Source of the DNA: a phage
Strand: one strand, 5' to 3'
Sequence record: PX880101.1
DNA: 64,000 nucleotides
Part shown: positions 37,582 to 46,170 of the stretch, piece after piece
How the letters are laid out: every line of letters begins with the position of its first letter
How positions within the stretch are numbered: the first letter of the stretch is position 1
Position numbers and translations under genes: made by a program
The notes under the pieces: generated by a model
What the model was told of the DNA's origin: nothing
Databases searched by the model: none
The model's input: the letters and a program-made list of their open reading frames with translations, nothing else

Positions 37582-37980
37582 TTACTGAACAGAGCGCGGT
37601 GCTGGGAAGGATAACTCTTCTAAAGAGAAGATTTCATTTCCTACCACCCAAGTTGCTGGGTCATCTGGATCAACAGGTTGGATAATCATTACCTCATCCG
37701 CCTCGCACACACGTTTCCCACCCATAGTAGCGTCAGCCACTAACATACGCGGCTCTTCAGAAATGCACAGGTAGCCACCTCGGCCCACTGTTCCTTCCAC
37801 GGGATCCTGCCCTTTGACCACAATGAATACCTTCTCTCCTGTGGCGATATTACTTTTCACACTAACAGTTTGACCAACTTTAGATGTACCGATCTTGGTG
37901 GCTTCAAACATTAAATCCCGAATTACTGTTGCATAGTTGCCGGACACTTTCTTACCTTCTTTAGTAATCTCAATCTTCAT
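37582..37980 (-). CDS. hypothetical protein (N-terminus MKIEITKEG)
   Basis: ORF. Confidence 0.5.
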   Translation of the reverse strand: MKIEITKEGKKVSGNYATVIRDLMFEATKIGTSKVGQTVSVKSNIATGEKVFIVVKGQDPVEGTVGRGGYLCISEEPRMLVADATMGGKRVCEADEVMIIQPVDPDDPATWVVGNEIFSLEELSFPAPRSVQ

Positions 37981-38216
37981 AATCTAGGCTCCTTAAATGA
38001 ATCTATGTAATCAATTAAATCCCAAGCATCGCGATGGGCTGTCAGAGGGTATACTTCTCCGAGAGGGATCATAGCAATAAGTCTATCAAAAACCCAGTCT
38101 GGACGCAACATTTTATGGTGATATTCCCACTCACCTTCCACAGATTTTTTCTCAGTGATCAGGATCTCTGTGTAGTGTTTCGCCTGTCTTGAGTAGATTG
38201 AAAATGACTTGTACAT
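37977..38216 (-). CDS. hypothetical protein
   Basis: Internal ATG after AAGAGGGGG. Confidence 0.4.
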   Translation of the reverse strand: MYKSFSIYSRQAKHYTEILITEKKSVEGEWEYHHKMLRPDWVFDRLIAMIPLGEVYPLTAHRDAWDLIDYIDSFKEPRL

Positions 38217-38252
38217 AAATGACCCCCTCTTGTTGAAAACAACAATACACAA

Positions 38253-38537
38253 CTACCAGGTTACTGTCAAGTAGGCAACCGTATTATTTTTCTCTGGGGA
38301 GATGCCAACAACATCTACCTGCAGACCTCCTGCCCTTAAATCTCCAACAATGTGCGGGAAGTAATCTGAGAGATGCGAGGGTAGATTTATCGAAAATCCG
38401 CACCCCAGAAAGCCTGCTAACGCTTTATTTTGTATCTCCCCTACAATCGCATCATAAATGGAGTTAAGCTCGTCAGGGAGCGTTACAGGACGTTTTAGCG
38501 CTAACTGGTGTAATTTGTCCTTAGCACTCATTTTCAT
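38253..38537 (-). CDS. hypothetical protein
   Basis: ATG overlaps the methyltransferase stop (ATGA). Confidence 0.45.
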   Translation of the reverse strand: MKMSAKDKLHQLALKRPVTLPDELNSIYDAIVGEIQNKALAGFLGCGFSINLPSHLSDYFPHIVGDLRAGGLQVDVVGISPEKNNTVAYLTVTW

Positions 38538-39067
38538 TTCAGGTCTACCTCTGGTGGTGCCAACCACATAAATGGCGGCAAGCCTAAACGGTTTTTCTTA
38601 TCCCACACAAAATATGCATATGCTTGCCCGTCAGTTCTGCCATTTGATTGAAAAGATGGACGCTTAGATATTGTGATCACAGTGGTAGGTGCATTATCAA
38701 GCCACCATTCAAATCTGGCTTTGCTTTCCAGAAAATTAAGACGCAAAAGCATAATAACTACGTCAGCATCTTTCAACGCCTTGTCTACAAACTCACGAGC
38801 CAAACTGTATGGTGGGTTGGTGATAATACAGTCAACATGGTTGTATTCTGTATTCAGATAGTCAACACCTTCTTGGATTTCTCCCCATGCAGATCCTAAC
38901 GGCATACGGGAGTAGAACACACCTGAGGCACTATTCCTGCAAGGCTCTAAGTAGGTCCAGTCTTCTGGGAACGGAATAAGGTCATACAGCCCTTCTGCAC
39001 ACCACTCCGGTGTCACATACTCATCGTAGGCGTTACGTTGTTCATCAGGTTTTCGAGCACAAGTCAT
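38534..39067 (-). CDS. DNA methyltransferase (N6-adenine or N4-cytosine type, NPPY motif)
   Basis: IITNPPYSLAREF catalytic motif. Confidence 0.6.
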   Translation of the reverse strand: MTCARKPDEQRNAYDEYVTPEWCAEGLYDLIPFPEDWTYLEPCRNSASGVFYSRMPLGSAWGEIQEGVDYLNTEYNHVDCIITNPPYSLAREFVDKALKDADVVIMLLRLNFLESKARFEWWLDNAPTTVITISKRPSFQSNGRTDGQAYAYFVWDKKNRLGLPPFMWLAPPEVDLK

Positions 39068-39118
39068 GCAAATCTCCAGATCATAAAAGCCCTCCGAAGA
39101 GGGCTTTAGAATTAATGT

Positions 39119-40168
39119 TTAAGCTTCTTCGACAATCCCTGCACCCAGGATTTTTTCATTGAGCTCTTTTGCTGTTTTAATAATATTGTCCACCAGACGC
39201 TTGCGAGTCTTATCTTTTACCTTAACCTCTTCACCGCCGTTCAGGGTTGTCTTCAATTGGGACAGAATGTCTTGAAGTTCAACGACAGAGAATCGCTGCA
39301 GATCTTCTGAGGTAATCTCGCCTAAGGCAATCTTAACGGTCTCACCACTTTCCATCTGCAGGTTCAGGAACACAGTGTGAACATCACCTTTCGAACCACC
39401 CGCTTTTGCAGATTCAACAGCATGAACTAGCTCATCTAAAGAGGTGCACTGGTGAATCTCCGGAAGACCTGCTTCACCTAGCACACCTTCTTCATCACCT
39501 TTTGCCAAAAGCTTTTTAGGTTTTTGTCCGTTCTGGATGCGTTGTATGTTGCCTTCATCCAGAATGATAGCTCCAGTTCGAGCTGCCAGCTCCTCTCCGT
39601 CCAACCACACTTCGCCACCAGCTGTGATGGATGCGATCTCATCTTCTGTCAGCACCCAACCGTAGTATTTTTCGATCAGGCGTTCGAAACGTTTTTTCCA
39701 GTAGCTGACCTGAGTATTCATGTTCACACCATTGCCATAAGTGCCGCCTTGATAGTAGTGGAACATAAACTCTGTGTCCGGAGCCACAGTGCGTTCTTTG
39801 CAACCCAGCCATAGGATTGTTCCAGCAGAGCAGCACATCCCTTCAGCATGTGCAACAACGCTTGCCTGAGACTCGCGGAATGCCTGTAGATAAGCCATTG
39901 CAATGTGCACGCAACCCCCAGGGCTATTGATGATCACACGAATGCTTTCTTCCGGCTGAGCCATACGGATCGTCTGCAGACGAGACATATGATCCTGCAG
40001 GTCCTCCAAATCGTCGATATAAAGAACGTGGTCAACAACAGGTGTTGGGTAGCTGTATGTTTCCATAATACCACCCGGCATACCAAACATTTTATTACTC
40101 ATAGGTTCGAAACCGTTCTGTTTTTCTTTCATGCCGTGTACCATGGTGCTGCGAGGTGTTAAATTCAT
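39119..40168 (-). CDS. ClpP/S14-family serine protease with about 150-aa C-terminal extension
   Basis: VINSPGGCVHIAMAYL and GMCCSAGTIL (active-site Ser context). Confidence 0.65.
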   Translation of the reverse strand: MNLTPRSTMVHGMKEKQNGFEPMSNKMFGMPGGIMETYSYPTPVVDHVLYIDDLEDLQDHMSRLQTIRMAQPEESIRVIINSPGGCVHIAMAYLQAFRESQASVVAHAEGMCCSAGTILWLGCKERTVAPDTEFMFHYYQGGTYGNGVNMNTQVSYWKKRFERLIEKYYGWVLTEDEIASITAGGEVWLDGEELAARTGAIILDEGNIQRIQNGQKPKKLLAKGDEEGVLGEAGLPEIHQCTSLDELVHAVESAKAGGSKGDVHTVFLNLQMESGETVKIALGEITSEDLQRFSVVELQDILSQLKTTLNGGEEVKVKDKTRKRLVDNIIKTAKELNEKILGAGIVEEA

Positions 40169-40228
40169 GAGAAATCCTTAATATTGGAAGTTGAAAGCTA
40201 TTTATTTAAACCTGATTCACATTTACCT

Positions 40229-40540
40229 TTATTTAGCAATCACTATGGAATACTTACGATTGTCAGAAGCATCACAACTCAATGATTGCCAGTCTACCAC
40301 ATACCACGTATCATTGTCAACAATTACTTTATCGCCTGTTCTGTAGCAGATGCTGCTTTCAATAATTCGAGACTCGATAAAGAATCTGTGTCGGCGCTCA
40401 CGTAGCAACGCTAAGTTGATTATGTTACCACCGCTGTCCTTGATCCACACATTCTTGGATCCTTTATTTGCCAAAATTGTCTCGCCGTTATAGACAAACA
40501 GGCAGTATATTTTATTCAGTTTCTCTTGTATTGTAGCCAT
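40229..40540 (-). CDS. hypothetical protein
   Basis: Promoter TTGACA-N17-TATTAT (40566-40597) and GAGAGAAGGA SD. Confidence 0.5.
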   Translation of the reverse strand: MATIQEKLNKIYCLFVYNGETILANKGSKNVWIKDSGGNIINLALLRERRHRFFIESRIIESSICYRTGDKVIVDNDTWYVVDWQSLSCDASDNRKYSIVIAK

Positions 40541-40565
40541 ACTGTCCTTCTCTCTGTTTTGTCCG

Positions 40566-40597
40566 ATAATAATATCTAAAGTTTACCTATTTGTCAA
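40566..40597 (-). promoter_or_regulatory. sigma70-like promoter TTGACA-N17-TATTAT (minus strand)
   Basis: Minus-strand hexamers; preceded by hairpin GGGTGG-TTATT-CCACCC, a possible terminator after phoH. Confidence 0.55.
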
Positions 40598-40641
40598 CAA
40601 CTGTTTTAGATATTTAAGGGTGGAATAACCACCCTTCTGTA

Positions 40642-41430
40642 TTACTCGGAAACAGGGGTCCAAATATGATTTGCACGATCCTCAATAAGATTGAGTGCGA
40701 TCTGACGACCCAACCCAGAACGAACGACATCGTCTGGACTATCAAAGCTGATCATTCCAACCTCAGGATCTGGATGACGAGTAAAGAAATCCGTCACCCA
40801 TGCAAGGCCAGATTTACCAGGGATGTCACGTTGGCTATTATCACCCATAATTACAAGGGTGGCTTGATCAGAGATCCTTGTGATAATTGACAACATTTCT
40901 TCAGGGTTAGTTTGCTGTGCCTCGTCAATCAGGACAAAGCATCGCTCATCGAAACTACGACCACGAATGCTTTCAACTTCACAAATCTCGATACGGCTGT
41001 TCTGACCGTCTCCCAGCATTGCGGCAAAAGCACCTTTGCCAACACGACGACAAATCGTGTCCATCATGCTTCGAAGATAGGGCCACAGTTTCTGCATTGC
41101 ATTTCCAGGTTTAAATCCTGAAGTCTTTCCTGTCTGAACGTAAGGACGTGCAACAATAATCTTATCAATCTCGTTCTTACGCAGAAGATCACCTGCATAT
41201 GCAGATGCCATGAATGTCTTACCGGATCCAAACACACCGTTTACAATAATAATCTTACGTGACCCTAGATAATCAAGATACTTTTGCTGCTTCTTATTCA
41301 TTGGTCGGAGAGCTGGAGCGGTGTGCTCTCTTTCGTCAGCAAATTTCTCAGCAGCCTTACGCAGGCGATCAGATTTGCGAGCCTCTCTAGCTTCATCACG
41401 CATGCGCTTTGTTTCTTTAGCTCGACCCAT
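40642..41430 (-). CDS. phoH: PhoH-like ATPase
   Basis: Walker A VNGVFGSGKTFMA and PhoH-like length and layout. Confidence 0.8.
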   Translation of the reverse strand: MGRAKETKRMRDEAREARKSDRLRKAAEKFADEREHTAPALRPMNKKQQKYLDYLGSRKIIIVNGVFGSGKTFMASAYAGDLLRKNEIDKIIVARPYVQTGKTSGFKPGNAMQKLWPYLRSMMDTICRRVGKGAFAAMLGDGQNSRIEICEVESIRGRSFDERCFVLIDEAQQTNPEEMLSIITRISDQATLVIMGDNSQRDIPGKSGLAWVTDFFTRHPDPEVGMISFDSPDDVVRSGLGRQIALNLIEDRANHIWTPVSE

Positions 41431-41468
41431 GTTGGGACTCCTTTCAGATTGAGATGTGCCAAGTACTT

Positions 41469-41819
41469 TTACTGCAACAGTTTTTCAATAGCCGCTTCCA
41501 TGCTGCTTGCAACAGCCTGAACTCGGATATTCATCTCTTCTTGGTGGATCAGCTCCTTAAGCTCTTTAATGGTAAATTCTTTAGAGAAACCTTCCACCAT
41601 AATCTTGTGCAAGGCTTCTTGCGTGTCTACTTGCAAGAACTTTTCCAGTTTGTTGGCAGAGGCTTCTAAATCAGCCCGAATACGAGGGTCATCTGTGCGA
41701 TTCAGCATTAGGCGTAAGCCATCAAGATTAGTAGAAATAGCATCTGCATGTTGAGTAACTAACCGTGGCAAAATGAGATCTACAAACTTATTAGCCAAAT
41801 CGATACGTTCTTGTGTCAC
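41469..41819 (-). CDS. hypothetical protein (GTG start)
   Basis: GTG overlaps the upstream stop (GTGA). Confidence 0.45.
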   Translation of the reverse strand: MTQERIDLANKFVDLILPRLVTQHADAISTNLDGLRLMLNRTDDPRIRADLEASANKLEKFLQVDTQEALHKIMVEGFSKEFTIKELKELIHQEEMNIRVQAVASSMEAAIEKLLQ

Positions 41820-41929
41820 TGTTGCACCCCCTCTTCATCTTCATGATGTTTCTTTTCACGCTTGTGTTTTTTCTTAAGCTCAAGCGCAATCTCTTTCTTG
41901 TACGCCTTCTTCAAGGCTTTTTTAGCCAT
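41816..41929 (-). CDS. hypothetical small basic protein (37 aa)
   Basis: ATG after GAGGAGGTG; K/R/H-rich; not in the supplied ORF track. Confidence 0.35.
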   Translation of the reverse strand: MAKKALKKAYKKEIALELKKKHKREKKHHEDEEGVQQ

Positions 41930-41991
41930 TTGGCACCTCCTCTGCTTTCATTACGGCAATTATAACCAACTCAACAAAGCTTTGTCAACAA

Positions 41992-42465
41992 CTAGTCTAC
42001 CTGAACCCAACCGCCTGATACTTTTTTAAACATTCTTTGGTTATCACTGCCTCGGAACGGTTTCTTGGTTGGTAAATCTTTTACATACTTACCGTCAATG
42101 ATGATATCAGCCAGTTTAAGAACATCACTAGAGATATGGTCAAATGTGAACCCAGTATATACAAGAATAGTTTTCTTGTCACCAAATTTTTCCTTAATTT
42201 TCTCCATCAGGCTAATAATATCTGGCTCATTATAGTATGCTAAGGGTTCTCCACCCAGTAGAGAGATACCGCACACAGACGGGTTATCTAAATCTGACAA
42301 GATTTTTTGCAAGTCTTCTTCAGTGAACTTCCTCCCCTTATCTTTTGACCAAAATGCCTGATTAAAGCAACCAGGGCAAGCGTGTGGGCACCCAGATACC
42401 CACAAGGCAGTTCTAATACCTGGTCCTTCGGTGTAAGATATTTCTGTGTATCCAGCAATGTTCAT
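41992..42465 (-). CDS. nrdG: Anaerobic ribonucleotide reductase activating protein (radical SAM)
   Basis: CPHACPGC CxxxCxxC cluster; adjacent to nrdD. Confidence 0.85.
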   Translation of the reverse strand: MNIAGYTEISYTEGPGIRTALWVSGCPHACPGCFNQAFWSKDKGRKFTEEDLQKILSDLDNPSVCGISLLGGEPLAYYNEPDIISLMEKIKEKFGDKKTILVYTGFTFDHISSDVLKLADIIIDGKYVKDLPTKKPFRGSDNQRMFKKVSGGWVQVD

Positions 42466-42578
42466 AGATACTCCGCATCACATTTAGGGCAATGCCAAAT
42501 AAAATCGTCTAGTGCCTTGCACCAACGAAGATTACAACTACAGCCGCACTTGCAAATTTTATAAATACCTGATGACAT
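42462..42578 (-). CDS. hypothetical zinc-ribbon micro-protein between nrdD and nrdG (38 aa)
   Basis: ATG after TAGGAGGTG; CKCGCSC...CPKC; stop overlaps the nrdG ATG. Confidence 0.4.
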   Translation of the reverse strand: MSSGIYKICKCGCSCNLRWCKALDDFIWHCPKCDAEYL

Positions 42579-42641
42579 ACTGCACCTCCTAGCTCACTGT
42601 GTGTCAATAATATGCCACATCCTTGTGGCTTTTGTCAAGAA

Positions 42642-44765
42642 TCAGCAACCACAACTTCCGTAGTGCTTAACTCGCTCGATAACTTCCGCTTGCTTACCTT
42701 TATTGTAAGGACGGGAGTTAGGACTGGAAAGGTATCCAGACACACGTCGAATTACACTGATCGTTCCCTCTTCATGGTTTCCACACTCTGGGCATACAAA
42801 GCCTTTAGCTGTTGCACTGAACTCACCAGAGAAACCACACTTGAGACATTTATCCACAGGTTGGTTAATACCAAAATACATAATGTGTTTATACCCGAAG
42901 TCAACAAGAGCCTCTAAAGCATCCAGGTTGTTTTTCAGGTTAGGTGTTTCTACGTATCCGATGTTGCCACCAGAGGAGATCATAGCAAAACCTTCCTCAT
43001 ACTCCCACTTATCAAAAGGAGAGCTATTTATCCATACTGGCTGATGGAAACTGTTGGTGAGATATTCATGCTCGTGCTTCAACACTTCCGGATATTCACG
43101 ATCCAGACAGGTTGCAGCTTTATAGCATAGACTCTCAGAAGGAGTGCCGTACAAGCTAAATGCTAGTCTACTTTCCTTCTTGTATCGCTCACAAGCATCT
43201 CTCATGTGCTGAAGGATTCCAAGAGCTAAAGCCTTGTCACCCTCTCTGCCCAAAATCTGACAGGTTTCATACACACCGATATACCCAATACTGATGGAAG
43301 CGTACCCGTCATAGAAGAGTTTATCAATACTCTCTTCAGGATCCAGGCGAGCAAGAGCGCCTTCACACCACATGATGGGGTTCTGCCCTGCCTTTGTTCC
43401 TTTTAGACGATTAACCCTTACAAGGTGAGCCTCGTATGCAAGATCCAAGTATTCGTCAAGAACTGCAAAGAAATCAACACCTTCCGTCTTGGCTTTTGCC
43501 GCAATCATTGGCAGGTTAAGGCTAACAACGCCTAAGTTAAATCTGCCAAGGTATTTCTCCTCGCCTGTTTCCAAGTCATTGTATTTGCTAAGAAAACTCC
43601 TGCAACCCATGCTAGTTACTTTGCCATCTGTCGAGCCTGTCACTTTTCTATTTAGTGGTACAGATACGAAGTCAGGATAGATACGTTCTGCACAGCATTC
43701 CAGAGCTAATCGTTTCAAATCATAGTTAGGATCCCCAGGGTTCATGTTGACACCCTCTTCCAGGAAGAACAGCACTTTAGGGAACACAGGTGTGATACGT
43801 TCTTCACCAAGACCCATTTTGTGGACTTTCAGGTAGTTTTTGGTAATCATTCTACCAAAGACCGAGGTATCCAGTCCTAAACTCAATGTGATGAATGGAG
43901 TTTGCCCGTTGACAGAAGTTAACGTGTTGATTTGATAGAGCAAAGTCTGCATGCTGTCAAATACGTCTTTATCTGTCATTTGCATTGCAACAGTTTCAGC
44001 ATCCGGCAACCAATGTTCCTGGCAAAATTTAAGGTTCTTCTCATAGGTTGCTTCAGCATACTGTGCCAGATAATGATCAATATGGCTCATAGTCTGACCA
44101 CCATATTGAGCACTAGCTACCGCACTAGAGATTTGGCTAAGGATTGTTGTTGCAACCCCTATTGACTTCGGCTTACTGACATAGGCGTTACCAATGTTGA
44201 ATCCGTTTTCCAACATATCTGGATAATTTACCAAACAACAGTTTGTTAACGGACTGATCAAGTAGTCAAGATCATGCACATGGATGAATCCTTTATTGTG
44301 CTCTTCGGAGACACGGTCTGGCAGGATCTGTGTTGATGCAAGGTGTTTGCTAAGAATACCTGCAAGCAGGTCGCGATGAGTGTGTACATGATTAGTAGGC
44401 TTATTTGCGTTTTCTTTTGTAAATTCATCACAAGTTCGATCCAAGAAGCCACTAATATCTGCAAGCAGTTTTCCACCTGCCTCTCTGTTATTATCTCTTG
44501 TCTGTCTATACTGGATGTATTCTCTGGCTGCACATTTTAAACCCATATCCATAAGAGCATCTTCAACAAGGATATGGATATTTTTTACAGAGATCGTGCA
44601 CTGGTCGGTTGGTAGATTGTTAGCAACAACTTCATTAACCGCGCAGGCGATCCGGTAAGCTTCTTCTTCAGTATGTCCAGACTCAAGTAAGGCGGACTCT
44701 GCCGCCTTGATCACCTTAATTCCGTTATAGAACTCTTCTCTACCGTCCCGTTTTACAACTTTCAC
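42642..44765 (-). CDS. nrdD: Anaerobic ribonucleoside-triphosphate reductase (class III) with ATP cone
   Basis: N-terminal ATP-cone KRDGREEFYNGIKV; glycyl-radical motif RRVSGYL near the C-terminus; cysteine cluster. Confidence 0.9.
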   Translation of the reverse strand: MKVVKRDGREEFYNGIKVIKAAESALLESGHTEEEAYRIACAVNEVVANNLPTDQCTISVKNIHILVEDALMDMGLKCAAREYIQYRQTRDNNREAGGKLLADISGFLDRTCDEFTKENANKPTNHVHTHRDLLAGILSKHLASTQILPDRVSEEHNKGFIHVHDLDYLISPLTNCCLVNYPDMLENGFNIGNAYVSKPKSIGVATTILSQISSAVASAQYGGQTMSHIDHYLAQYAEATYEKNLKFCQEHWLPDAETVAMQMTDKDVFDSMQTLLYQINTLTSVNGQTPFITLSLGLDTSVFGRMITKNYLKVHKMGLGEERITPVFPKVLFFLEEGVNMNPGDPNYDLKRLALECCAERIYPDFVSVPLNRKVTGSTDGKVTSMGCRSFLSKYNDLETGEEKYLGRFNLGVVSLNLPMIAAKAKTEGVDFFAVLDEYLDLAYEAHLVRVNRLKGTKAGQNPIMWCEGALARLDPEESIDKLFYDGYASISIGYIGVYETCQILGREGDKALALGILQHMRDACERYKKESRLAFSLYGTPSESLCYKAATCLDREYPEVLKHEHEYLTNSFHQPVWINSSPFDKWEYEEGFAMISSGGNIGYVETPNLKNNLDALEALVDFGYKHIMYFGINQPVDKCLKCGFSGEFSATAKGFVCPECGNHEEGTISVIRRVSGYLSSPNSRPYNKGKQAEVIERVKHYGSCGC

Positions 44766-45040
44766 TTTTTCTCTCCAAAACCATTCTTAACAAAAGAGAT
44801 GAAATCGTCGGCACCGCCTATATGGACACTGTCAAGATCGCTTTCTAAGAAGATCTGCGGCAACGTTCTGGGGACAATTGGACTGCACTTCTCAATAAGC
44901 TCTTCTTTTGTGTAGCCCTCGCCAAGTGTCTTATATACAAAAGGCAGACCTTTGCTGATTGCAAATTCTTTTGCTCTGACACAATGTGGGCAGTTATCCT
45001 TACCGTAAATGATGATGAAAAAAGATTTTTCGCAGCTCAT
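44762..45040 (-). CDS. Glutaredoxin / NrdH-like redoxin
   Basis: CPHC active site in IIYGKDNCPHCVRAKEF; 92 aa. Confidence 0.8.
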   Translation of the reverse strand: MSCEKSFFIIIYGKDNCPHCVRAKEFAISKGLPFVYKTLGEGYTKEELIEKCSPIVPRTLPQIFLESDLDSVHIGGADDFISFVKNGFGEKK

Positions 45041-45043
45041 ATA

Positions 45044-46132
45044 TTAAAACTCCCAAATTTCTTCTTCAGCGTCGTTAACAGTTGTGTTGACGCGGTAGTC
45101 AGTGTTCGACATTTCTTGGTTCGCCGTCTGTTGTAATGAAGGTTTCATCCACACCTGCATGAACGGTAGCGGGTCCTTTGTTGGCGGCACAAAGTCTTTG
45201 TCGATGTCGTAGTAATCATAAATCGGTGAGCAGTTATAGTCAACCCACTCTTTAAGCAACGGTGAGTTAAGACCTATAATCGCTCTTCCTTCGCTGAAAA
45301 TATAGTCACTCCAACCGTACTCTTTGGTTCGTACTTCATCAAAAATCTCTTTTAACTCCCCCTTTATCTCAAGGAAGCTTTTCTCCCATGCGGGATCATT
45401 AAGCAAGATATCAATGATGGCAAAATCACCTTTCGAATGTAGCATTTCGTCAAGCATGATTTTTTGAACAAGCTGCGCCACCTGAACAAAGATACCCTGT
45501 TCAGCTACTGCGAAAGTGCATGCAAAACTTGCAATAAACTCAATACTTTCCAGAGCTAAAAGCGCAAAAAGCGCTCTAAGAATGCATTTCCGCACAATAT
45601 CTTCTTCAACACTAGAAGGATCCAAGCGGTATTTTGCACCAATAACCTCAAGCTCTTGCATGTATTTGACAATAACGCCGGATCTGCTCAGAACGTTTTG
45701 GTTTTCCTGAATCTCTTCTATAATCTCACGGGCATTGGGGAGGCATTGTCTAACAATCTCTGAGTAAGTTAGTGCGTGAAGAACTTCAATCTCTGACTGT
45801 TTCATCAATAGAGTGAAAAGCTCACTATTAGTGATGAATGGTGAAAAGAGGCAGATGATCGATCTTGCCGCAACGCTATCAGCCTCCCATTGCCACATCA
45901 AGGTCTGCACCATCACGTCATAAGTTGACTTTGAGCATGTTACAAAATCTGAAATAGATTGCGACAAATCCACTTCATCCTCTGCCCAATCTTGCTCTTT
46001 TTGTTTTTTGTATAGTTCAAACAGTTGTGGATATTTTTTGTTGATAGAGTCGTACATACCCATTTGCTGTCCCAGAAACAGCGGATAGTCACCAGTTTTA
46101 TGAGCGGTGTTCTCAGCATTAAATACAGCCAT
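45044..46132 (-). CDS. nrdB: Ribonucleotide reductase class Ia small subunit
   Basis: Ferritin-like diiron fold segments; directly downstream of nrdA; internal ATG with GAGGT SD taken as start. Confidence 0.85.
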   Translation of the reverse strand: MAVFNAENTAHKTGDYPLFLGQQMGMYDSINKKYPQLFELYKKQKEQDWAEDEVDLSQSISDFVTCSKSTYDVMVQTLMWQWEADSVAARSIICLFSPFITNSELFTLLMKQSEIEVLHALTYSEIVRQCLPNAREIIEEIQENQNVLSRSGVIVKYMQELEVIGAKYRLDPSSVEEDIVRKCILRALFALLALESIEFIASFACTFAVAEQGIFVQVAQLVQKIMLDEMLHSKGDFAIIDILLNDPAWEKSFLEIKGELKEIFDEVRTKEYGWSDYIFSEGRAIIGLNSPLLKEWVDYNCSPIYDYYDIDKDFVPPTKDPLPFMQVWMKPSLQQTANQEMSNTDYRVNTTVNDAEEEIWEF

Positions 46133-46170
46133 TATTCTACCTCTAAAATGGGGCCGAAGCCCCTTTAAAA

